A stretch of DNA of 64,000 nucleotides from Geosiphon pyriformis uo1 (Eukaryota; Fungi; Glomeromycota): NCBI GenBank assembly GCA_016748015.1, contig JAAOMT010000231.1, forward strand, positions 207,453 through 271,452, given 5' to 3'. Made by a program: the position numbers and the translations under genes. Below the pieces are notes generated by a model that saw only the letters and a program-made list of their open reading frames with translations, ran no database searches and was not told where the DNA came from. This document shows, piece after piece, positions 39,291 through 50,582 of this stretch. Numbering within the stretch: position 1 is the stretch's first letter; every line of letters begins with the position of its first letter.

Positions 39291-41756
39291 AACTAAAAAT
39301 TGCCTCAACCTAGACTTATTAAATAAGTCTATTTTCTGAAAACTGTATAATCGAAAAGATTGACTTGAGAGGTCTCAATCCACACCATCCATTAAAAAAA
39401 TGAAAATATGCATCCCAGGTAGTGTTCAAGTTAAAATAAGCGTTCTTTGGAGCCCAGAAAAATTCGATCGAATATTTTTATAAAAATTATTTATCTGCTC
39501 TCTTTTTTTCTATTTTTGATAAAAAAAATAGATCCAACATAATATTATATCGTATAGCATCACAATGTGATCTTTAAAAAGAAGAAAAGAAACTTTGAAA
39601 TTTGATCGAGGACAATGTTATCTTTAATCTTACCCTTTGAAATAAATGCTTATTTTTTGATATACGTGAGCGATCTTCAAAAAATTTATCTTACTAAATT
39701 ATTTTGAAGCTCCATAAAATTTTTCAATATATTATTGATGTGAATTTTTTATTGAATAAATAATAAACACCAAAAATAACATGAAATTATAAAAATCTTA
39801 ATATTAATTGTAAATTCAAAAAAATTCCTTGTATTGTTAATTAATGATCAGTTTTCAAAAAAAATGATAATAATTTGAAACAAATAACTTTTAAATTTGG
39901 TTGTTCATTATTTTTAACATGGAATAATTATTTATTAAAAAAGTATTTTTATTAAGTCTATAATTGCAAAAACCTAAATTTTTCTGAACATAAAATATGT
40001 AAAATTATTATTTCATTTAAAAAAATTGAGGGTTAAGTCAAAAATATATCATGATAAATTTAAAGTTTAATTTTATAATTGATCCCCATGGTCGGAAGCC
40101 CCAAAAGATTGGGCCCAGATAAAAGTTTCTCCATTTTATATACCAATTTTTATAATAACTAATTTTTTAAGGATATTATTATTTTTTTTATTCAAAATTG
40201 ATATAATAATTTAAATTGTTGTTTTTTTTTCTATTAAAATTTGTTCCGTAAAATCAAAATCAAAACCATTGTATTTATTTTATTTTCAAGTTCATGCTTT
40301 TTTTCACAATTTAATTTGAAATTAAATTTTAGAAAATTAAAATAAATCTTTTTGGTAAAAATGCAAAACTTAAAATTCATGTTTGTGTTTTTTGACAAAA
40401 AATAGGATATCTATTCTTAAAGAATTTATAAAATTACATTTAAATTAAATATTCAAAAATATTGAATTTAAAAAGCAAATTTAAATAAATTAAACTAACG
40501 ATTAAGTTATTAATTTTTTTTAAAAATAAGTAATTAAAAGCAAAAATATCGAATTAATAAGAGATAATAATAATTTAAATTGAAGGATCAAGCGCAACTG
40601 TTTATAAAACTCACTGACGAACTAATTTATTAAAAAAACCAATCTAAATAAAGTTATTAATATTATTAAATATAATAAAAAAGATATGATATATATATAA
40701 TTTTTTTTAAAATATAGTTCTTGGTATTTTATTAGCCATTACAATGCATTTACTTTTCTTATTTTATTTTATATTTTAATTTTCTACATTGAAGTTACAA
40801 AAATTCATAATTTTTATGTTGACAATGTCAGTTATAGCATTTTTATAGCAATATGAATAGGATTCTAAAATCAAAGTGAGAAATTATTAATTTAATTGCT
40901 GCAGTTATCACCATTTGGTCTTTTTTGTCAATTATTTCTTTAACTGTTTTCTTACAGCAAGTATGCTTGTACTTGAAGAGATAGATATTAAAATTTAATA
41001 GATTTTGTGGCATTATTAGTTTAAATTAAGCATAATAATGAGGCTTTGCAAGATGTTTTATGTGTAAAGTTTGATTCTATAATAAAAGAATTTTTGGATG
41101 ATATCTGCTAATCTAATTGTCAGAAAACTAGCAAAGTGTATTAAGATTTTAAAAAAAGCGATGATAATCAGTCTACAAATAATGCGCAAAATAGTATAAT
41201 TATTCGATAATAGTCACAAATTCCAATTTAAAAATTGAGTGATCAATTATAAAGAGAGTTTGTTAAGCATTGAGGTTCTACTTTCATGATAAGATATTCT
41301 TAACCGTTTCAGAAATTAGTGTTATTATATATTTCAAAAATTCGGATTGTCAATTTTTTTCAACGAGTATCTTTTCTGAATTGAAAAATTGAATTTTGCA
41401 ATTAAGTAACGGAAACGAATACAAATTCCTTTACAAACTTAGGTTTTAAATATTCTTATCTTTAAATATTGACTGCGAATTAAGTATTGAATAAAATTTA
41501 ACTAGATGAAACTCATGTCTAGAAAGTTATATTCTAAAAATTCTTATAAAAATAAAGTGTAAATTTAAAGATTATTCATTTTCGTTATTTTAATCTCGTG
41601 ACCATTTTTCTGTTCCCAATTTTTGATTGGCCCCCTAATTAGTAATATTCAAAGTTTTTGTATATCATCAAGGTTTTGGGTTTAAAAATATAATAAGGCA
41701 AACTGTCTTAAGGAGTAAGGCACGACACTTAAACGGGCTAAATCCAATATATGTCC

Positions 41757-41985
41757 GGGATGAAATAAAACTATCCATCTGGATATGACGTAAAACTATC
41801 TGTCGATGGAAGACGACACTAAATAAGCCGTCCCATCTTGAAAGATGTAAAATATCCGTCTGGATATGATGTAAAACTATCTGTCGATGGAAGACGACAC
41901 TAAATAAGCCGTCCCATCTGGAATGATGTAAAACTATCCATCTGGCTATGATGTAAAACTACCCGTCAAAGGAAAATGACGGTAA
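41757..41985. repeat. Higher-order tandem repeat: ~2.8 copies of an 81-82 bp unit made of two ~24-bp TGATGTAAAACTATC subunits and a 34-bp hairpin segment
   Basis: GG(A/C)TATGA(C/T)GTAAAACTA at 41781, 41862, 41944; GATGGAAGACGACACTAAATAAGCCGTCCCATCT identical twice. Confidence 0.9.
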
Positions 41986-42237
41986 ACACCAATAGCAATG
42001 ATAAATAAAATCTGAGCGTGATCTTTGATATAAATAGTTTTTTAAAAAATATAGTTTTATTTCTTTTAATATTTAAACTCATAAGACGAGTTTATAATAG
42101 TTTTTCATTATTCCTTTCTCAGACAGGACCTAATTTCTTTCTTTGCGGTTTAATGAACTTTATGTAAATTTTACGATTACTATAAGAATAACACTCTTTC
42201 GTACCGACGACTTATCGACCAAAAGACGAGCTGCAGA

Positions 42238-44400
42238 ATGGGTTGATCTGTAGGAAAGGAAGATAGGTCGAGGATTGGTCGACGGCTTGACGCGAATATC
42301 AAAACTGAAGACGACGCCTACTATGAGTATGGTGGCAAAGACCTTTCGAGGTTAGCATTTGGCGAACGAAGGTGATTTATTCTCTAATATTTTCTTGAAC
42401 TCGAAGGGAACATATAATTAATTACTTGGAAAATGATAAGAGATTGTGCAGCTGTTGTCAACAACCGTCACAGTCAAATCTTTAAGACGAGCGTGGTAGG
42501 GATCTTCGAGCTGCCTACCATTCAAGTCTTTCAGGCGGGCATAGTCAGCTTGTTTGATGTCAAGTCTCAAGATGACCTATAAGGCGAGTACATGGCGTGG
42601 TCTTTTTTTATTTAGAGAAATAGAATAAATACAAATCTCTCTTTGAATATGTTTTTATGTGTAAACTCTCTTAAAATCAAAGTCACTTTCAAAGTTCAGA
42701 AAGCATCAAGAATAAATGGAATGACTGCAAGGCTTGTAAATGCCTATTTTTTGAAAGATTTTATAAATGTTTCTCAAGCGGCAATGAAATGATTGAGGAA
42801 ATAATAAAAAATCACAAAACTTTGGCTAAAAATGAAAATAAAAAGAATGAATTATATTATTACGAATGGATTCCATGGGAGTCTTTGAAAAACATGTCTA
42901 AGATTGGTGCTAAAGGGTTCGATTCTATTTATAAAACAACATAAGTACACAAAAAAAAAGTTCACCGAATTTTTTTTTTTGCCTAAAAACAGTAATTTAA
43001 AAACAAAATATTAACTATATGAAATTCAAAAATACATTTGGTCAAGCAATTACACAATTCCAATAGTTGTACACTTTAAATTTCTAATTTTTTGGATGTT
43101 ACCATATTAACTACAATTTTTGGATGTAAAAGCTTTATTCTCAATAATAACACAGATTTTTAATTTTTCAGCCATGGTAATTGAAAATGATAATGATCTG
43201 TTTTATATATTGGCATTATTTTGTAAAGAACAGACCACTTATTATTATCTTTTAAAATAAAAAAACCATAAAGCCCACTTCTTATTATTTAGAATGAGTG
43301 TTAGACTTATAATAATATATAGTAAGCATTAATAGATTATGAATAATACAGAAACAGTTCCATGTAGATTTTAAAATTTACAAGGGAATTTCTGAAAGTT
43401 GGAGAAGCTGTCTGGAATGGATTTCTCCCGGCGAGATCAAATTTTTAGAAAAGGTGGGAACGGGAGGATTTGGTGCTGTTAAAGAAGGTACATGGGAGAG
43501 AGGGACAATTCTATTTTGGGACAAAAAAAATCAATAGTACTAGAGAGGTGGCGCTACGAGAGTTGCTTTGAAATGTCTTAAAAACAGCCAAAATATGGAA
43601 TATGTCAATTCAATTGAGGTAATTTGGTTTAATAAGCTTGTCGGATTTTGAATATTCTCTTTTCTTTTTATAACGCTAGAAAGCGCAATAGTCTTTTGCC
43701 CATCTTAAGTGTGACTCTTGCAAATATATCCTTCGATGCTATGGAATCACAAAAGACATTAAAACCAATGAAATTGTTATGGTTTTACCATTTGCGGAAC
43801 ACGGAGACCTCAAAACTTTTCTAAAGGTGGACGGAATCACTTTTTACTTGGGACATGTTCCTTCATATTCTTATTCAAATTGCTGGTGGCCTAAGATTTA
43901 TACATGACTCAAAACTTGTGCATGGAGACATACATCCTATAAATATCCTTGTATTGAAAACAAATCCCTTAAAAGTTGTCATTTCTGATCTTGGATTCTG
44001 TCGTCCTGCCGATCACTCTACACGGTCTGGCGATATTTTTGGGGTCGTTCAATACCTAGCGCCTGAAGTTTGTAACTTGTCGCCAAATACTACGCACAGC
44101 GATATTTATAGTTGTGTTATCATTTTCTGGGAAATTATTTCCGGAGAAAGACTGTGGAATGATGTCAAAAACGCATGTACATTCAATTGGATATAATTCA
44201 GGGAGAACGCCCTGTAATCAAAAAGCATACACCTCAATGTATCCAGGAAATGATTGAAAAAAATTGGGATGAGAATCCATATTGCCGTGACAGTGCAGAA
44301 CAATTTTAACAAAAAATTATTGCTGCTCGCGACAACTGTGAATTAAATGAATTTGTCGGTGAAAAAAAATTGATTCCAAAGAGATACAAGATACTATAAA
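42238..44400 (+). pseudogene. TKL kinase pseudogene, probably a tandem (two-domain) kinase relic
   Basis: First N-lobe 42715-42943 (WNDCKAC..SSGNEMIEEII..YEWIPWESLKNMSKIGAKGFDSIYKTT*); second domain from 43385 (LEWISP..GTGGFG..VALK) with 2 TAG stops, frameshift ~43845, HGDIHPINIL, DLG, YLAPE, second frameshift ~44175; intron at the same N-lobe position as the 37 kb kinase; 5' boundary approximate. Confidence 0.85.
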
Positions 44401-46254
44401 TGATACGACAAGATATACAAGTCAAATAATCTCGAAACCTACATTTTCTACAAATGGTAAGCTTTTCAGTTATTTTTAATCTTTTTCTAAAATTTTTAAT
44501 ACAAGGGTCTTTTTTCTAGTTGCATTTGGCGTTCGGTTAAGTTAGCAATGATGGATAATGCATGGTATAGTATATACGCAATCGATGAATTCAAGTTCTG
44601 ATCAAATCGACAAGATCAAATAAGTACTTTAATAATGCTATTATCTTGATATTTAACTTGGAACAGATGAAGAATTTGAGGGAGGAATCGATTTTTTATT
44701 TATCTTTAAAAATATAGTATAGACTATCATATATAGTGTCTTTTTTATATCTTTTTAAAAGAAGCTTACCTATATATTCAAGTATGAGGATTATTAACTC
44801 TAAAGCGTTTCCTTTTCAAAAATTATATAAATAAATATATTTGAAATATAATAAAGGTGAAAATTTTTATATCATTAAATTTTCACTCATAGAGAGTGGG
44901 ATCTTTCTCAGGTTAAGTACTCAAATTATTAAAATTTTAATTTACAAGGTTAGCCATTTTCATTTATGAATATTTGTCATCATCTATCAAAGAAATAATA
45001 GTGAATATGATGGTATCATACGGCGGTTGATGGCCTTTTAGGCTTTTTTAATGACAATAAAAATAAAAATATAGATTTGTCTTTTGAAGTCATTGATTTA
45101 TTCAAACAAAAAGCTAAATGATTTTGAAATAAGACATAAATATTATTCTAAAATATTGTATATATACTCATTATTCCAAACATAATCTCAATTATTAACT
45201 AAAATATATAATAAGTTTTTTATATTTTGCGGCTGAATTTAAATTTCTTGGATTTTAATAAAAATAACTAATAGTTGAAAGAAATCGTACCAAGATCATT
45301 AATCATAAATCTAATAAATTAAATCAGAATTAGCAAATTACCTTGATGCAGTGATACAAGTAAATGGTTTACTCTCATTAGTATTTTTACTCTTCAAATT
45401 TTGATTTTTATCATATTGCATATCACATCTAATACTATTTCTTTATCTTTACTAAAGTTTTTTATTTTTTGCAGTTATATTGTGGCAATCTCTATTTTAA
45501 TTTGTATATTAAATGAATATTTAATAACTTTCATTCATTTAGAGTAATAGGTTTGTAAATGTTTTATCACATTGATTCTGATATCATAGTTGACTATAAA
45601 AAACGGATAATATAAAGCATTTTTATATTTAATAGGATAATTAATTTCAAATTTTAAATTCATTGAAAATTTAAAAAGGGCGATAATAATTGATTCATAT
45701 ATATTTCTTTCATCAGTATTCTTTTTCTAGCGTTTCAACACTGGACTGGAAGCATATATCAGCGTAAAGAATGAATATTATTTTATGGTTTTTGCGCTGC
45801 CTTATTTACTCTACTCTGAATCTTTTAGCAATATCCAAAAGAGTTGAAGATTTAATCTTTTAGGGTAGTAATCAATATTTCTATTATAGATATTCCACAA
45901 TTTGGAATTTTAAAATTCCATGCTTGATCAAATCAAATATCTTATATAACTGATATTTATTTTCATTAATTCAACTAAGTTATTTATTATCAAAAACTTT
46001 ATGCCTAATATATTATTTCTCTAATTGGTCTAGATATAAACTCAATAATTTTAACAATAAATAAAAAAAAGTATAAAGGCTTAAACTTTAAAAACTATGG
46101 CCATAAAGAAAATGGATGTTTTTCATTTCATGCAAAATTCGTTAACCAATTTATTTTATTTTATTTTAAAGCTCAGATTTTGCATGAATACAAATGAAAC
46201 AGCAAATTGAAAGCAAATTATTATGTCCATATACTAACAAAAATCTATTACATT

Positions 46255-46580
46255 TGCTTTTGAAGACAATGTTAGATAAGAATGAATTTTTTTTTAGAAT
46301 GATAGTAATTGAAAACACACATTTATAAAGCAAAAAATTGAGTTTGAAAAATGAGATTTTATTATTCCACTGGTCATTTCACTCTCACGACCTAAACCTA
46401 ATCAAGCATTTATAGAATGAAGTGCATTTGAATAGACCCTCTGATTCACTTTCCAATATAGATGAGCTGTGAGAAAATTCCGAATAACATCAAAAATTGA
46501 TTTTTGTAAAAGATTAAATAATTCGATTCAAAAAGTGTTTGGAATCTAATTGAAACAAAAGATAGTTTTACTTTATAAAA
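46255..46580 (+). mobile_element. Tc1-type transposase fragment
   Basis: EDN then WSFHSHDLNLIKHL*NEV (cf. WPxxSPDLNPIEHLW); no TIRs found. Confidence 0.55.
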
Positions 46581-46845
46581 TCGTAAAACAGCTAATTTTT
46601 TTTATATGTATATATTATTAGTCGATGAAAAAGTTTGTTTTATATTTAAAAAAATTCTAATAATTAAAATTGTGTAATTAGATTTCTTTATAAATATGTG
46701 AACTTTAATTTACAAATAGATATTATTGCAAAGAAGTTAATAATAAATGTGTGTTTTAAAATTAAATAAATTATTAAAAATTGAATTTTAATAAATTGAA
46801 TTTCATTGTAATTTTTTATTGGTTATTATATTTTAATTATAGAAT

Positions 46846-46847
<2 letters not shown>

Positions 46848-46879
<32 letters not shown>
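46848..46879. repeat. (AAT)n microsatellite
   Basis: Direct reading. Confidence 0.9.
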
Positions 46880-46881
<2 letters not shown>

Positions 46882-49800
46882 TACTAAATGTTCATATATC
46901 AAATTACGTTTGTTGATATATTTTACTATTATCAGCAAATTTTTATACTTATTAATTATTAAGAATTTTAAATATGTAAAAATTCTAATATCTTATTATT
47001 GAAAAAAAAAACTTTTGATCAATTTAGATTTAAAATATTTTAGTTTAATAAAAAATCATAAAATTCGATTAAAATTTTGAAAATATATTGTAACTTAGTT
47101 TAATATTAGATATTCAAAAATAATTATTACTAAAAAACTTCTAGTATATTATTAAAAAGTATTTTTATAATAATTTTCTATTCAATGCTGGAATTAAAAA
47201 TATTTCAATTTACATTTTGCTTCAATAATATTTATATTAAATAAAAAAAATATTATTTAACAATTGTGATTTTTATTGATAATTAATTTAATATATAAAT
47301 TATTATTAAAAATTCGCAAACAATTAATCAAAATTTGGTGAAATAAATTTTGTTTAATTAAGAAACCAATTTAAACAAATATAAATATTTGATTAATTTG
47401 AAGAGCAATTTTTTCAACTAAAGTAATATAGAATTGTTTACCATTTATTGATTTGTGTAAATTTCTTAATGCAATCAAAAATTGTTTTAACTTTGTTAGA
47501 TTACATATGACAACATGTATTGTAATGCCAATTGACAAAGAACAATTATTAATCTAATATTCTTTGGAATTTTTTACCAAAAACAAGTATTGTCAATTAT
47601 AAACAATGATGACACCTTATTAAGTTTTTGCACATTTTTTGTGAAATACTGAGAAAAAGTTTGTAAATGCAGACTTTAAAAAAGAACTCTTTATATGAAT
47701 TATTTTCATTCTTATAGCAAAGTCTATACAGTTAACAAAAAATGTACTACATATTTGAAATTGAGATTGTGCAATTAAGAATCCTAAAGCAGTTCAAAAT
47801 AATAGTTTTAAAAACCTTAAGATGTAGCAATATTCAAAGATAGTTATTCACATGCAAACATTATAATTTCTTTAGAGCTGAAAAACTATGTATAGTGCAA
47901 ATTCAAGCTTTCTGATCTTTGATAGAAATTCAAATTTCAAAAACCATAAAAAAAGTGTACTTTTAAACTGGCAATGCAAAAAAAATTAAAATTGGTTTTG
48001 CTCTAAAAATTTTCTGCATGTATAAGTATAAACAATGGTTAGAATAATATTTAAAACTTTTATTGAAATTAGAAAGTTATAAAAACAAGATATTAAAAGT
48101 GGCTGTTGCTAAAACTTGTTTGTTTTAATGCTCAAAGAAATTTTTATGAATTTTAGCAAAATAATATTTTCATGCAATATACAAATTGCTTTACAAGGAA
48201 ATTAAACTACAACATAACAATAAGACTTGTTAAATAAAACAGTTTGAAGAATCAATAAATACATAGAAGAAATAGTAAAGAACGACTCAATAACAAGACA
48301 AAAGTTTATACAAATTATCTTTTAACTTTGGAAATAATGGATTTTTCTATTTAATTTAACTAATATGAAATAAGTCTTTTATTGGTTAATTCATCGATTT
48401 AATTATTTGAGCAGTAATAAAAAATTTCCAGTTTTTATAATTACAAGATACAATAATATTAATTTCTGCTGAAATAAATTTGTATAAATAAAAAATTACA
48501 GAACATAATAATCTATCAATATATAGTGTTTTGTAATTTACAAAAAATCAAGAATTAAGAACAAATTTCATATGCAAAAATAAAAATTTGAAAATCCATT
48601 TTAAGCTTAAATTGTATTCCAAGATTTCAATATTTTTTTAGAATAATATTTATTTAAAATTAACTTGAAGTATATTTTGAGGTTTAATATGTTTTACTCA
48701 TTATATATTAAATTTCTCATTAGCCAAAATATTTTTGAAAGGCGCAAATAGTATTGGATTTTTTTCAGAAAATTATTTTTCATATCTGTGTGTCTAATAT
48801 TCTTTGGTTTATTGGGAAACTTATGATTTCTAAAAATATATCTTGGCTTCTTAATTATTTTTAAAGTACTTAAAATACTGGCCTCATTTGACTCATCAAA
48901 TATTTAACTTTTTCTTTTAGAGATTCCGAAGTTTACGTTTTTGCGGAAATATCAACATATCATATAATAAGTTAAATTTAATCTTCCTGAAAATCTTTCC
49001 AAAATAATAGTTCTTTATTCTCCAAAAACGATTTTTGAAGAGTCAAATGATCATAAATTAGCGTAAATTTCCATTTTTTCAGGTTTTTGAGTTTCATTTA
49101 TAACTTGGAACGTTCTTTTGAAAAGTTAAAGTTTTAAATTTCTGTATATAAAAAAACCTGATTACATCTCAATCGATATGGGTAAAAATTTCTCAACATT
49201 TGGCTCTTTGATGCAATCTTTTAATTTCATAAACAATAACCATAGGTATTAAATGTTAATGCGGTGCTAATATTAAATCGAAGGAAATTCGCTTCTATCA
49301 AGAATGAATCTTACAATGATATTAACCTTAAACAGCTAAAAACCCGATCAAAATACATTGTGTTTCCTCAAAAAAGCGATTGCTCGGCATAGCATTCAAT
49401 GCGATCGAAGATTAAAAATGGTGATATGCCAATCCCCCTTGTTTCTGATACGCGCGTAAACGCGTATTAAAATAGTTTTTTTAAAGAAAACAGCAATAAA
49501 ATTTTTTCCTTTTTCTTACAAGATTTTCATTATCAGAGTGTAGCTTCAACCCACAACACATTTATGGAAAAACGGCAGATTTTGATTAATAATTCAATTC
49601 AATTCAATGTTTCTAAAACAGCTTTTGTAGTGATTTTTATTCATGTTTATGATTTTAAAGCCAATTTATTACTCGTGCTTTAAACTTTTAAAATTTGTTA
49701 TGATAGCAATCAAGCTATTGTTTAATGTGATTTTTTAAAAAGTAAAACTATTATGTACAAGCGATGATTTGAAGAAAACAGAAATAGACCGGAAAGCTAA

Positions 49801-49883
49801 ATCTACGTTCAAATACTTTTAACTGATAAGATTTTATTTTAATAAGGGAATTTTCGAACTTTGAAATTTTTGTTTCAAGATAT

Positions 49884-50582
49884 TTACAAGAAATCAACGA
49901 AATAACGCAATCCTTTGTTAATATGGAGTTTGAAAAAGTTCTTTGCACCGGCCACAACATTTTTCTTGTTTTTCTTTGAAACAAATTCTTGTTTTCCTTG
50001 TTGAACTACTTCTTCCTTTATATCCTCTTCTATCGTTTTGTCTAGTTCTTCAATTTCGTCTGCTTCAACCGTTAATTCAGATTCAACTTCAGATTCATCT
50101 CTCGGTTCCTCAATAGTAACCCATGCTTGATTTACAGGGGCGCCGGCATCACCACATAATCTTACCTGATTCATAAAGGTAGAAGATCCATCGCCGAGAG
50201 GGATCTCTACTATTTCAAAGGTGATTCGTCGATTGAAATCTTGAAAAGGTGTTATTGCATCTTCTCGTTGGTCACTCCACACTTTGAACGAAGTATTAAT
50301 CCACACGAAGGACGCGTCATCTTTATCTAATGGGTGTGGCGTGATACTGCCAGTGAATAGGTCATGTTTTAAAGCTAAGTTTTCATCAAGGTTGAAAATC
50401 CAAAAGCCGCCCTCGAAACCTGGTAGAAGACAGGGAATAAATGACCATCTTTGAGCTCCCTCTTCGGTAGAGGTTACTGTTAACTTGCCCCATTGGATAG
50501 TGAGTTGAATGGGTGGGCTATTATCGTTTTCTTGGGATTGTCTCGAAATTTTTTCAAGTTTGAAGATTGGATTATATGGCAT
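49884..50582 (-). CDS. Intronless 232-aa QxW-repeat/beta-trefoil-like protein (paralog 2) with acidic C-terminal extension
   Basis: GAQRWSF, FWIFNLDENLALKH, DDASFVW, GDAGAPVNQAW shared with 34119 ORF; Glu-rich linker then basic/amphipathic end; TATAAAAAGGG ~160 bp upstream. Confidence 0.78.
   Translation of the reverse strand: MPYNPIFKLEKISRQSQENDNSPPIQLTIQWGKLTVTSTEEGAQRWSFIPCLLPGFEGGFWIFNLDENLALKHDLFTGSITPHPLDKDDASFVWINTSFKVWSDQREDAITPFQDFNRRITFEIVEIPLGDGSSTFMNQVRLCGDAGAPVNQAWVTIEEPRDESEVESELTVEADEIEELDKTIEEDIKEEVVQQGKQEFVSKKNKKNVVAGAKNFFKLHINKGLRYFVDFL

Noticed and set aside
41757-41985. CRISPR-like repeat/spacer appearance
   Set aside because: The intervening segments are identical copies rather than unique spacers, there are no cas genes, and the context is eukaryotic; it is a tandem repeat
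42910-42930. GGTTCGATTC T-loop-like motif suggesting a tRNA
   Set aside because: Lies within the kinase Gly-loop codons; no cloverleaf
47400-48600. Coding-like decayed stretch, probably a TE relic
   Set aside because: Could not assign any motif with confidence
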